From the NCBI RefSeq assembly GCF_006345805.1, contig NW_021835504.1, positions 1 through 64,000 on the forward strand: a stretch of 64,000 nt of DNA, in the 5' to 3' direction. Origin of the DNA: Octopus sinensis. Taxonomy: Eukaryota. Under the pieces are notes generated by a model. That model was not told where the DNA came from. It saw only the letters and a program-made list of their open reading frames with translations, and made no database searches. A program made the translations under genes and the position numbers. Shown here one piece after another: positions 25,801-39,035 of this stretch (position 1 is the first letter of the stretch; each line of letters opens with the position of its first letter).

Positions 25801-26592
25801 TCTTCTATATTAATTCATTTCAAGTCCCGTTGAAGTACTGGTGCCGATGCAACATCTCCCCAAAACCGCTCGCCTTGTACCAAAATCTGAAGCTATTAAT
25901 TTAATTTGTTTAACAATGTTATGATAACAATAGATCTGAATAGTTTGTCTTCTAATTTCATATTTCATCATCATCATCATCATCCTCACCAACACCACCA
26001 CCACCACCACCACCACACCATCATCATCATGATCATCATGATCATGATCATCTTCATCATCCTCATCCTCATCATCATCGTCGTCGTCGTCGTCATCGTC
26101 ATCACCATCGTCAACATCATCATCATCATTATAGTCATCATCGTCACCGTCATCAATCGCCGGACATTGAGTCCAGACAGTCATAGGGCCGGGTACTCGG
26201 TGCCGGAGGCGGAAGGGTATATAAGTGTCCGAGATCACAACACCACCCTCATTGGAACTCATTTAATGATGAGTAGACTTGAGCAACTTGATAGGAGGAC
26301 GTTTTGCTCGAGATGATGATGATGTTGAAATTAGAAGACAAACTATTCAGATCTATTGATATCATAACATTTATAAACAAATTAAATTAATGGCTTCAGA
26401 TTTTGGTACAAGGCGAGCAGTTTTGGGGAGAAGATATTGCATCGACACCAGTACTTCAACGGGACTTCAACTTAGAACGCTAAGAGCTGGAAGAATTGCC
26501 GCTAAGCATTTTGTTTAACGCCCCTAACTATTCTACGGGTTTGCCTTTTAAACGCTTTTAATGAAACTACTTTAATTACGAATATAGTCGAG

Positions 26593-26911
26593 TAATTTGG
26601 TTGAAAAACGCCACGGGAGAACGGAAGAGAGGAAGCTTTGTCTGGAACAAGGATTCGGGTGATGTTTCTTTCACAGACATTCGATATTTGTCGATAAATG
26701 AAGAAAAAGAAGAAAGAATGAAAGAAAACACAGTCCCTGGATGTCTTCTGGATTTTCATTATTTTCTGCCTGTAAGAAAAGTCACGTTTTTTCTTCTTGT
26801 TCTTCATTCATCGACAAACATCGAATGTCCGAGAAAGAAGCACCCTTGAATACTAGTTCCAGATATAGCTTCCTCACTCCTATTCTCCCGTGTCGCTTTT
26901 CAACTAAATTA
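26593..26911. mobile_element. Fold-back element (MITE-like), ~120-bp imperfect inverted arms
   Basis: 26593-26714 pairs with 26791-26911 (e.g. cacgggagaa/ttctcccgtg, tctggaac/gttccaga, gacattcgat/atcgaatgtc). Confidence 0.75.
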
Positions 26912-27049
26912 ATTTACTTTGTTCACTTCGGATTATACTGACCGTTTCAAAAAAGAATGAAATGGTACTATACAAGATTATCTATAACTAAATATTTTAA
27001 TTTTGTGCATTTTCTCCCAAAGACTTCCATTTAAAATTCCAACATGTAA

Positions 27050-28930
27050 TCGCACAAAGATTTATCTACAAAGGATTATCTCCTGGCCATCCGGGTACTC
27101 GACGAATATTTCTTTGAGGTTTTCTTTCCTCGTTAAATAATTCTCAGTAGTAGGTTTTCATGCGCTGCTATTACACTTTCAATCAAAGTCATTCATAGTA
27201 AATTGATCCAAGACTTCTTTAGTCTTGGCGATGATTTTACAAAAGAATTCAGGAGAAATAATTTCTGGTGTTACTCGCTCAACAGTTGGATCGTCAGATT
27301 CATTAAGGAAGCATAACTCTGCTAAATCAAGCATATTCTCAAGATGAACTCTCGTCACGCGGCCCTTTAATCTCCTTCAATCCTGCAGTGTTATTTTTAT
27401 ATCCTCTCTCCATTGGCCAACTCAACGATGTCATTGACGATTACTGATACCATTTCTTGTTGTTTTTGTTTGTTCCTTCTCGAGCTATGCTTGGCTCATA
27501 AGGGCCGGTTTCCCGGTTTCCTTGGCATATAGGTTCCCCATCTGGACGGGACACCGGTCCATCGCAGGTGAGCTGCAAGATGCAGGAGGAAAGAGTAAGA
27601 GAAAGTTGTGGTGAAAGAGTCAGCAGAAGTTCGCCATTACCTTCTGCCGGAGCCGCGTGGGGCTTGGGTGTTTCGCTCATAAACACACACTGAGATTCGA
27701 ACCCGCTAGCCCTCGACCGTGAGTCCGCTGCTGTAACCACTAGGCCATGTGCCTCCACACCATTTCTTGGCATACATCCAGGATGCAATCATATTCTTGA
27801 TGTCACACCGCTCGACTGTGAAACAATAACTTTCCAGGAAATCATTGCGTTCTTTGTAAAATCGCAGAATGTTATTTCAAACTTACAATAAAATAACAGT
27901 TTCTGTCAAAATGACTTCATTGTTACCAGTAAAGGTGACTTGTTTAAAAGACCTTCTTCTCCACTTCCTTCTGCAAGTCTAATTTACCTTAGGGTTCATG
28001 CTTACGTTATTTAAAATATCCTTTCACTGGAGGATAAATGTATGACACATCCCAACCTGTGGAGATTTCTGTTATTACCCGGGCTTTATTTGTTTGATTT
28101 CCATTCCCACAAGTCTTTATGTATTTTTGATAACACCTCCATTAGTTTTGGTGTGATTTAGAAGATAAATGACTACTAACTTAAGCTAACGTCTCTTGAA
28201 GTGTTACAACCAAGTAGTATTAGACGGTGGGTGGGGGTTATGATCTTGAAGCCAGAAGTGTCTCTTCTTCTCGAGAGAGAGGGCAGTGCATGACGACATT
28301 TTTTCTATGGCGAAAGACCATTCTTATTTACATAGAATAGTAGAGTTGCCACGTTCAATAATGCTGTTAAGAATCTGGTGTAAATTCCTTAGTTGCTTCA
28401 CGGTTTTCATTCGTAGATTCACTGGATACACATTCGCTATGTAAGTTAAACAATCAAACTCTGGCAGTTGCGCATGCCTACGAAGGATTTTCTTTTTATA
28501 AGTGTCTGAAGACGATTTTTGATTTCTACCATTTTGTTAAACCTGGTTAATGTCTTGTTGCGTTTTGGCGTCCACCCATATAGTAAGAATATCTTTTTTT
28601 GTTTTTTAATGTTCTCTTTGGCCGGGTCACTTTTAACTAGCAACAATGACGCCACTATGGCAGCAGTTCCTATTCAGATTACTACATTTTTGGCGCTGGT
28701 TGATGTGACCAACTTTAAAGAGTGACCTAAATATACACACTTGACATTCGCCAGCTTCTAATGGCCTCAACACTTGAAGTTTTACATCCACTGTGACGGT
28801 TTTCCTAAACACTTTAAATGGGCTTTAAGCACTTGCTGATGTTGGCCCTTCTCCATTCATAATGGCCAACAACTTTTGTAATTTCCTATAAATCTCTGCA
28901 AATTTTGGAGCTCCAGGTTTTATTCTTACG
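27050..28930 (-). mobile_element. Decayed Tigger/pogo-type DDE transposase
   Basis: Minus-strand remnants NKNGLSP*KK...TSGFK...RLILLGCNTSRDVSL...WKSNK (cf. pogo DETGLFWKKMP..PGFK..DRLTLLLGGNASGD..W.SNK), then DIKNMIASW..KKW and VNDIVELAN...; many stops; TIRs not resolved. Confidence 0.75.
27460..27758 (-). mobile_element. SINE with family A head and alternative tail, inserted in the Tigger relic
   Basis: 11-bp TSD accatttcttg at 27449-27459 and 27759-27769; tail gaaaccgggaaaccggcccttatgagcc. Confidence 0.88.
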
Positions 28931-29412
28931 GCACATTTAAACATTCATTGTAAGACGACAACAACTTGAAGTAGATATGAAAATAATGAAACGAGAAGAG
29001 TAACGGATATAAAAAAACAAGGAACATATTCAAGAAAATAGAAAACGTAAGGACGAAACCAACGGGTATGAAATGCCAACATGAATGTACAACAAGCGTG
29101 TGATATACCAAAGATATCCGAGAGAAAGTCAACCAATAACAAGGGAGAACAAGGACAGTGAACTGTGTGAACTGATTATATGTGATGATATCGAAATATA
29201 GAAATGCGACGAAATAATAAGAACGAACAGCCGCTGGCGGAATATCGGGAAGAATTCTGAGAAAGGAATTGGCTATGTGAAAAGATGAATGAAGAAGAGT
29301 AGCTTAATTTAAGAAATATTTTGGAGAAAGACGACGTTAGGGACGGTTTGGTGGCCATATGATAAGAGTTCAGAATAAACAATTTTATTTTTGATAAACA
29401 CAACCTGTGGTC

Positions 29413-29482
<70 letters not shown>

Positions 29483-29843
29483 AAGAAAGAAAGAAAGAAA
29501 GAAAGGGAGACCGAAAGAGATGAGACACATAAGCATAGGTATACATGCTTCTATGAGTGTATATATATATATATATATATATATATGCATATACATATAT
29601 GTAAATACATAAATATATAAAAAAAAAATATATATATATATATACGTATATATATAAATACACACACATACACACATATATATATATACATACACACACA
29701 CACACGCACAAACACGCACTCACACAGGCACACACACACACATATATATCCATACATATATACATACACAGGAAGTGGACAAGATATAGATAAAAAATAA
29801 GCTATTCACACAAACTCACTTTTTCTCTCTCTCTCTGTCTCGC

Positions 29844-29878
<35 letters not shown>

Positions 29879-30506
29879 TACTCTTTCTTACACATACACA
29901 CACAGACACACACAAACAAGCACACACGTATTAATAGAAGCACTGACTCATGCACAAACGTACACACGAACACACACATACATGAACACACCTACGCACA
30001 CACACTAACATACACACACTAACACACACACTAACATACACACACTAACACACACACCACGCGAACAAACAAACAAACAAACAAACCAAGCACATTACAA
30101 CACGTAAATATAAACCATCTGAGAGAGAGATTACACATAGATCCACCGAACATATCCCAGCATGCTGTTACGGTCTCGTTGAGATAATGTCGTCCCAGAA
30201 TGATATTCAGACAAACACAGAGAGATAGCAACAAAATGGTGGAAAAATGGGGATAAAGGAATTACAATGGAAAACATTTCAATAACAATCGCTTAACAAG
30301 TTGCCGAAACACTTATGTGATAGATTTGAGGGCGAGGGGGGAAGGAATACCACATATAAATGAATATGTATTTGCACACAGCGCATACAAATGTGTAACA
30401 ATATCAATGAGATCTATGTGTATTGCATATGTGTGTGTACGCATATATATATATACATACATATATATACATATGTATATATACATATATATATATAGTG
30501 TGTATG

Positions 30507-30562
<56 letters not shown>

Positions 30563-30791
30563 CATACATACACATGTATATGTAAGTATCCGCGTGTTAT
30601 ATTATATATATGTATGTATAAATATACATATATATATCATGTATAATTTGTAAATATGTACAGAGAGCATGTAGTGTATAAAAATGTATATATGTATATA
30701 TATATATGTGTATTTTTGTATACGTATATATATAAGCATATATACTTTAGTGTGTTTGTATATCTATATATATATATCTATATATATATGT

Positions 30792-30845
<54 letters not shown>

Positions 30846-31348
30846 GTATATAGGTATTATACGTATGCCATATAATATAAATATATATACAGTTATATAT
30901 ATATACGTACGTACATACATACATTCGTACAACATACAAATTTGTCTATTGTAGGCGTTGTCCATATATACATACATACGCACACACACACACACACGCA
31001 CACACACACACGCACACACACGCACACACACACATATATATATATACATACATATATATATATATGTGTGTGCGTGTGTGTGTACGTGTGTGTGTGTGCG
31101 TGTGTGTGTGTGCGTATATATATACATATGTATATGTATATATATATATTTATAATTATACATGTATATAGGTATATACATACACACACATATTCATATA
31201 CATATCTTTACACATAAGAGACAGCAAGCATATTTCCAGAGAAAAGAGACGGATGTACATGCATAAAATATGTGTACTGTGTGTGTGTATATGTTTATGG
31301 TGTTTATGTTGAATGTGTATGCGTGTTTATGTGTAAGTCTCTCCATAT

Positions 31349-31441
<93 letters not shown>

Positions 31442-31519
31442 TATATGTATATATGTATATATATGTATATATATATATATATTATGATATATAAACGTGG
31501 TTATATTATATATGTGTGT

Positions 31520-31710
31520 ATACCGTGTGGCGATTTTTTCCCTCTGTCTTCCCTTCCCTGGATCTTTCCTTCTCCTATGTTTCCGACGAAGAGCTCCGCT
31601 CGAAACGTTAAACCCTCCTTCTTTCCTTCTTTCCTGAGCGTCCAATAATACTATATTTGTTCCACGTCCTCGCTTGTTGTGTTTTTTTGTGCTTTCTTGT
31701 TTGGATTAAC

Positions 31711-31720
<10 letters not shown>
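31520..31720 (+). mobile_element. Non-autonomous Penelope-type repeat carrying a hammerhead motif
   Basis: Ends in gtttggattaac-(TA)n; a related copy at ~11240-11320 lacks the hammerhead segment. Confidence 0.6.
31579..31613 (+). ncRNA. Minimal type I hammerhead ribozyme motif
   Basis: GUUU-CCGACGA-A-GAGC(ucc)GCUC-GAAA-C-GUU-AAAC: stem I GUUU/AAAC, stem II GAGC/GCUC, palindromic ACGU stem III; core U4 is changed to C. Confidence 0.6.
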
Positions 31721-31741
<21 letters not shown>

Positions 31742-32209
31742 TATATAGTCATTTTTGTTTTATGGTTGACTTGCTTCAGAGGTTGAATTGCAGCCATCTT
31801 GGGACACCGCCTTGAAGGTTTTAGTCGACAAGTTTGGTACTTAATCTATCTGTCACTTTTACCGAACTTCTAAGTTGACGAGTCCCTTAATCCTTTAGGG
31901 GTCGTTGGGGCGCTGCAGCCATGGAACGTATGTAGAGTGAGAAAGCCTACCGAAGCCCATCCCTCTCCAAGCTAAACTCCGTTTTGCCAGCTGAGTGGAT
32001 TGGAGCAATATCAAAAGAAGTATTTTGCGCAAGAACACGTGTCGCTCGGTCCAGGGACCGAATCCACAATCTTACGGTCTTAAATCCAAACCCTAACTAC
32101 TAAGCGATATGCCTCCTCTAATGCTACTCGTTTCAACAACGTGAAGTGAAGTGTTTTGTTCAAGAACACAACACACCGCCCGTTTCAGAAAGAGAAATCA
32201 CAATCTTAT

Positions 32210-32425
32210 TTCTTTATTGCCTACAAGGGGCTAAACATAGAGGGGGCAAACAAGGATAGACAAAGGGATTAAGTCGATTACATCGACCCCAGTGCGTAAC
32301 TGGTACGTAATTTATCGACCCCGAAAGGATGGAAGGCAAAGTCGACCTTGACGGAATTTGAACTCAGACAAAATATATCGCCAAGCATTTCGCCCGGCGT
32401 GCTAACGTTTCTGCCATTTCACCGC
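32210..32425 (-). mobile_element. SINE family B
   Basis: Reverse-complement core and head. Confidence 0.85.
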
Positions 32426-32823
32426 CTTCTTACGAAACCATAATCTAACGATCGTGAGTCCAACACCCTAACCACTAAGCCATGCAGCTCCACAACTGCT
32501 AAGTCAAAGGAACGTAAACAAATCAGAACCAGTTATGAAGCGATATTGTGTAGGATGAACACACAGACACACCACACACACACACACACACACACACATT
32601 TATATATGACCGGTCTCTACGCAGTTTGCGTTTACGAAATTCTTTCTCAAGGCTTTGATCGGCTAGGGGATGTAGTAGAAGACACTTGCCCAAAGTGTTG
32701 CGGAGTGGAACTGAACCCGGAACCATGAAGGTGGAAAACTATCTTCTTAACCTCACAGCCCTACTTGCGGCTATAATATATAGTTGGCCAATACAGAAGA
32801 ACGTCGCAGTGCGTTTGCGTATA

Positions 32824-33102
32824 CTCTTTATACTTTTACTCTTTTATTTGTTTCAGTCATTTGACTGCGGCCATGCAGGAGCACCACCTTTAGTCGAGCA
32901 AATCCACCCCAGGACTTATTCTTTGTAAGTCTAGTACTTATTCTATCGGTGTCTTTTGCCGAACTGCTAAGTTACGAGAACGTAAACACACCAGCATCTG
33001 TTGTCAAGTGATGTTGGGGAGGACAAACACAGACACACAAACATATACGCACATATACATACATACTCACACACACACACACATACATATATATATAATA
33101 AT

Positions 33103-33159
<57 letters not shown>

Positions 33160-33334
33160 TATAGATATATACGACAGGATTCTTTCAGTTTCCTTCTACC
33201 AAATTCACTCACAAGTCTTTGGTCGGCCCAAGACTATAGTAGAAGACTTTTGCCCAAGGTACCACGCAGTGGGACTGAACCCGGAATCATGTGGTTGGTA
33301 AGCAAGCTACTTACCACAGATCCACTCCTGCGCC
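32824..33334 (-). mobile_element. CORE-like SINE (family C), full length with expanded internal TA/CA/GA tract
   Basis: Head ggcgcaggagtgg at 33334 and tail aacaaataaaagagt at ~32824; a second partial copy lies at ~32600-32765. Confidence 0.88.
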
Positions 33335-33943
33335 TATATATCAGAGTTTATACATATATACAACTTTATACATATAGAGACAAAGTGAGAAGAGTGGAAG
33401 AGAAAAGATAGACAGACAAGAAGATACATGTGTGTAAAACGTCACAAGAGCGGAACCACCCGTTGATGGATATCTTTTATAAGGTAAAGGGGTCAAGGCA
33501 AAAGACCCCCATTTATATTCATTTAATGCATAAGATAAATAAATAAATATTAATTATTTCATATAATAAAATAGGACAGTGAGAATTATTACAAAACAAC
33601 TCTACTAATAGAAAAATGGCGGAAGAAAATGGCGGATAAGTGAATAACTACATAACGAGGCAAAATAATGGCCGCCAACAGAGGGTTTTGATGATTGTAA
33701 TAATAGAATTATTACTAACTGTTAATTATTTGTTTTGTTTTTGTTTTTTTAATGACAAGTGTTCACTCAATGGTGTCATTGATAGATTTGATGTCCATAC
33801 CCAATTGCGTTCCATTCATCCACATTTGTAATATTATACATACGTGTATGTGCGAGCAGATACATACATAAACACACACACATATATATATTATATTATA
33901 TATATATAAATACACAATACAACATTATATATATATATATAAG

Positions 33944-33981
<38 letters not shown>

Positions 33982-34682
33982 CATATATATATAAACATAT
34001 GTATCTGCTGCTTTCCTTATCACTCTCTCTCCATCTCCCTCTCTCTCTCTCACTGTACATACTCAGCCCACACATGTATGTTTTGTGTGTGTGTGTATAT
34101 ACATATACAAATACACACATAGTAGAAACAATGGATACGGAAGGCAGAGTATACTGGAAGCTTTATTTATCACAACGATCGTTTCGACACATCCTGCATA
34201 GCTCCCTCGTGAATGGGAAACTACAGATATACATACATGTATATATGTGGGGAGGGGTTGCTATGTGCATGACTGTGGCTGCTACTGGATGTGCATCTCT
34301 GAGATTGTATCTATGTATGTATATACTTACGTGTGTGTCTTTGTGCTTATGTTCGTACCCCGTCCCCACTCCTTGATAACCGGTATTAGTTTATTTATAT
34401 CCACTAACTCACCGTAATACGTCGATTGTGCAAAAGAGACCGATAGAATAAATTCCAGACTTAGAAATAAAATCCTGGGGGTCGATTTATGCGAATAGAA
34501 CTTTCAAGGTGGTGCTCCAGCATGGCCAAAGTTAAATCACTGTAGGAAGTGAAAGACAAAACATGGTTGAGTCGATAAAATAGGATTTGACTACACCTCC
34601 ATTTTGAGCACAGTTTAAGCTATCTTTTCATGGAAGAAGGTTTATATTCCTATAACCTGTGTTAATTCTGTAACCCTTTAAA

Positions 34683-35065
34683 ATGGAAGATAAGAAAGTT
34701 CATTTTCGGTACTTGATGCTTTGGGAACCTGACAAAAATTGCTGCAGTTTCGGCCTGAGATGTGTTACCCCCACCTCCATATTCACCAGACATGCTCTTT
34801 CGGATTTCCACTTAGTCAGGTCTATGCAGAATAGTCTAATGGTAAAAAATTTCAATCCTTGATGACGTAAAAAATACCTTGATGAATTTATTTGCCATGA
34901 AACCACCTCAATTCTGGAAGAGGGTTTTTCAAGTTAAAGGAAAAATGGAGACCCATTGTGCAACAAAATGGTTCATATTTGGTTGATTAAAATTGTACTG
35001 GCAAGTATTTATTGGCCTTTTTGTTTCCTTTAAAAATCGGCACGAACTTTCCGGACAACCCAATA
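34683..35065 (+). mobile_element. Internally deleted mariner element
   Basis: ATG-MEDKKVHFRYLMLWE joined directly to C-terminal remnants (PPPYSPD.., FHLVRSMQNSL, KPPQFW, IVQQNGSYLVD*); 3' TIR aaaatcggcacgaactttccggacaacccaata at ~35033-35065. Confidence 0.85.
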
Positions 35066-35088
35066 CTTCACGGTATTTCATCCACTAA

Positions 35089-35320
35089 GGCGGCGAGCTG
35101 GCAGAAACGTTAGCACGCCGGACAGAATGCTTAGCAGTATTTCGTCTGTCTTTACGTTCTGAGTTCAAATTCCGCTGAGGTCGACTTTGCTTTTCATCCT
35201 TTCGAGGTCGATTAAATAAGTACCAGTTACGCACTGGAGTAGATGTAATGGACTTAATCCCTTTTTCTGTCCTTCTTTGTCCTCTCTGCGTTTAGTCCCT
35301 TGTGGGTAGTAAAGAAATAG
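35089..35320 (+). mobile_element. SINE family B
   Basis: Full head and core; imperfect TSD ggtatttca(t/c)ccac at 35072-35085 and 35320-35333. Confidence 0.9.
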
Positions 35321-35346
35321 GTATTTCACCCACCTGTACATTCTTA

Positions 35347-35569
35347 CGAAGGGGTACTGAAAAATTATTGGCTTTAAAGGTGTCACGAAAGGCCTGGCTG
35401 GAGGTCCAACCTTCCGATTTTTTTTAATTTTTCATGGCTTAGAAAAACTGAAGGACCACTGAAATGAGTGTATGAATCTGTGGGGAGAATATGTTGAATA
35501 AAATCATAATTAACTGATCCTCCTGTATTTTCTTTTATCCAAAGCCAGGAACTTTTCGGCACCTTCTCG
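35347..35569 (+). mobile_element. Mariner-derived MITE
   Basis: TA-cgaaggggtactgaaaaattattggc ... gccaggaacttttcggcaccttctcg-TA: TIRs with TA duplication. Confidence 0.82.
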
Positions 35570-36225
35570 TAGTTCAAATTCCGCCGAAGTCGACTTTGCC
35601 TTTCATCCTTTCGGGGTTGATTCAATAAGTACCAGTTGCGCACTGGGGTCGATATAATCGATTTGCCCATAGCCCCAAAGCTGCTGGCTTTGTTCCAAAA
35701 TCTGAAACCAATATTTTTTGCTATTCTTAAGGCGACGAAGTGGTAGAATGGTTAGCATCGCGGGCCAAAATGCTGAGCGACATTTTATCAACCTTTTCGT
35801 TCTGAGTTCAAATTTCCGCCGAGGTCGACTTTGCCTTTCGTCTTTTTGGGGTCGATAAAATAAGTAGCAGTTGAGCACTGGCGGGGAGGGGGTCGATCTA
35901 ATTTACTTACCCATTCCCCTACTACTACTACTACTACTTACTACTACTACTACTACTCCGATTTACAATTGTTCAATTTGATCGTAGACACATTGTCTTG
36001 TTGGGGTTTTTGTTCTTCTTTAAACGAATGGCCGTTTGCTTCTGTTGTAGTGATTGTTTATAGAAAGCCCTCCGCCAAAAACGAAACAAAAGAAGGAAAG
36101 AAGGAAGGAAGGAAGGAAAGAAAAGTAAATATTTCTTTGTCACGATACATGCCGACACTACTAAAGCTTATACCTTGGTTAATCTCCTCTCTCTCTCTCA
36201 CCTACACACACACATATATATATAC

Positions 36226-36271
<46 letters not shown>

Positions 36272-36519
36272 TATATATATTATATATATATAGATATATA
36301 TATAAACACATATATATATAATATATATAAACTATATACATATACATATACGTATATTTATACATATACATACATACATATGTATACACATATTCATATA
36401 TATAATATATTTATATATATATATACATATATATACACATATATATACATATATATGCGAATATATGCGAAATATATTTGTATACCAATATAAACATACA
36501 CACAAACACACATATATGT

Positions 36520-36556
<37 letters not shown>

Positions 36557-36641
36557 GTGTGTGTGTGTGTGTGTATGTATATGCATATTTATGTATGTGT
36601 ACATGTGTGTTTGTGTGTGTGAGAGAGAGTGTGTGTGTATG

Positions 36642-36672
<31 letters not shown>

Positions 36673-37280
36673 CTGTGTATCTATGTGTATGCATGAATGT
36701 ACACACGTACATCTTTCGTTTTTTCATTCTCGATCAAATAATTAAGATGGCCACAGTTCAAGAAAGGATGTCGTACTTTAAAAATGCATAACGCTTATTC
36801 ATATATTCACGATATTGACCTTACGACACGCGAACAGTTTCAATGAGTTTTTCACATCTCATGAGAGGTCAAAATATGCTTATATCAACAACTTAAAACG
36901 TTATTTCTACAAGTCAAATTGAAACTAACGGAGGATCAGTGGCACAAAAAGAAATGTAGCCTGATCAGAAATTTCAAGAAAAAGGTTACTAGCGCTACTT
37001 GTAAAGGCGGGTAGAATTGGGTGGCAGAGAAGTCCGCTTCGAACGACGTTGTTTTAGGTTCCGTCCCTCTGTGAGGAACCTCACTCAAGTGACTTTAGCT
37101 ATTGCCGCGAGTCAGCCAATGCCGTGAGGTGAATTTGGTAGATGGAAACTGTGTGGAAGCTCTTGTGTCTATCTATCCATCCCTCCCTCCATCCATCCAT
37201 CCATCCATCCATCCATCCATCCATCCATCTATCCATCCATCCAACCATCTGTCCATCCATCCATCTATCCATCCATCTAA

Positions 37281-37340
<60 letters not shown>

Positions 37341-37641
37341 CCTATCTGTCTGTCTGTCTGACTGTCTATCTGTCTGTCTGTCTGTCTGTTTATCTATCTT
37401 GTCTGTCAATATGTACATATATATGTATACGTTTCCATATATATATATATATCTATGATATATATATATATAGATATATATAGATATATATATATATATA
37501 ATATATATATATATACTATATATATATTTCAAGTTGAGTAAAAAGTAAGCAACGTTTTGAAACCTGAAATTCATCTCAATATATTTCAGCAATGCGGAAA
37601 TTTTATTCGTCAAAGTAAGTACCATTACAGTCAATACATTT

Positions 37642-38000
37642 TTGTCAACGAGTTACAAGTTTGTTTATTCAAGTAACATAAAAATCTGGAGTTCTGGAGT
37701 TGACGAACTCTTTGAACACACTTTCAAAATTGGTTTGATTGATCAACTCCTTCTCTCGCAGGAAACCATCAAGGTGCTTGAAAAAGTGGTAGTCGGTTGG
37801 AGAAAGGTCTGGGGGAATAAGCTGGGTGAGAAGAACTTCGTACCCAAGTTCCCTTAATTTCCGGAGGATCATTAGTGAAATGTATGATCGAGCACTGTCA
37901 TGAAGAATGACTGACCCACTTCTGATGACCAGTCTGGGACGGAGGAGTAGCAATTCTTCGTTCATTTTGGGAATTACATGACAATATGCTTCTGCAGTAA
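37642..38000 (-). mobile_element. Mariner transposase C-terminal fragment
   Basis: ITAEAYC...VILHDSARSY...LRELGYEVL...PPDLSPTDYHFFKHLDGFL; matches the mariner HDNARPH and YSPDL(A/S)PxDY motifs. Confidence 0.9.
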
Positions 38001-38140
38001 TACCATTATTATTATTTACAGAATTGTAAAACTCGACATTGCTTAACAAAACCATTCGCGCGGAAAGTATATAAAGTTTATTTACAAAAAACAACTACGA
38101 ACTAATATAGTTCTTAAATTTGAGAGAAAGGAGCAGGCTG

Positions 38141-38212
38141 GTTCGCTGGTGTAATCAGTAACACACTTAGATGCGTTAACAAGGGAATGTAGGCTCGAGT
38201 CCCAGTCGTACG
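38141..38212 (+). pseudogene. tRNA-like relic (orphan SINE head or tRNA pseudogene)
   Basis: A-box-like tggtgtaatcagtaacac and B-box-like ggctcgagtccc at tRNA spacing; no clean cloverleaf. Confidence 0.3.
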
Positions 38213-39035
38213 GGAAAGCCTACTTTTTTTCTGCCCCATTATTAGACTATTTTCCTTAGTCATTTGTACGGTGATTGCTATAAGCTTTAAGCTTATAATT
38301 ATAAAAAAACGCCATTATTATTATTTACAGAATTGTAAAACTCGATACCGCTCAACAAAACCATTCGCACCGAAAGCATATTATATATATATATATATAC
38401 ATATGTGTGTGTGTGTGTGTGTGTGTGTGAAACAAAAAAATAATGGTCAATACGTTTTTCTTTATTGCTGTAAATTTTTCCTACAGCTGTTTCCAGCTTT
38501 TGGTCCGTTATTGATAGATTTACTCAATCTGTTCATTGATTGGCTGATAAAAATTGAACGTCCTAGAAAATTAGTGCTACTTTCGTAAGAGTCGTGTTTT
38601 TGTTTGTTTTTTTTTATGTACCACAGCCTAGCGATTAACTTTGAAAAATCAATAGAATAAGTGTCAGACTTTGAGAAAAAAGTACCGTGTTCGATTTATT
38701 CGAATTACGGTAAAAGTAGTGCTCCAGCATAGCCGCAAATTTACTGCAAATTTTATAAGCTTAAATTGTCACTTTAACGACACTGCTGTATCTAGAAAGG
38801 ATACAATTCAAAATATTAAATTTCTTATGTTTTAATTATACTAGCAAATAAGTAGCGTTCTGAATTAAGCAGAAAAGAAAAGAAACGATATCGTAGAAGG
38901 GGCACACGTATAACTTTTAATTATAGCTCGCTGGTATCACACAAATTACTATGAAACCAATAAACTGTTAATGTAACACAGAAAGCATAACTTATTGAAA
39001 TACCGGTGTGTATAATGCTTGTATATTGAAATACC

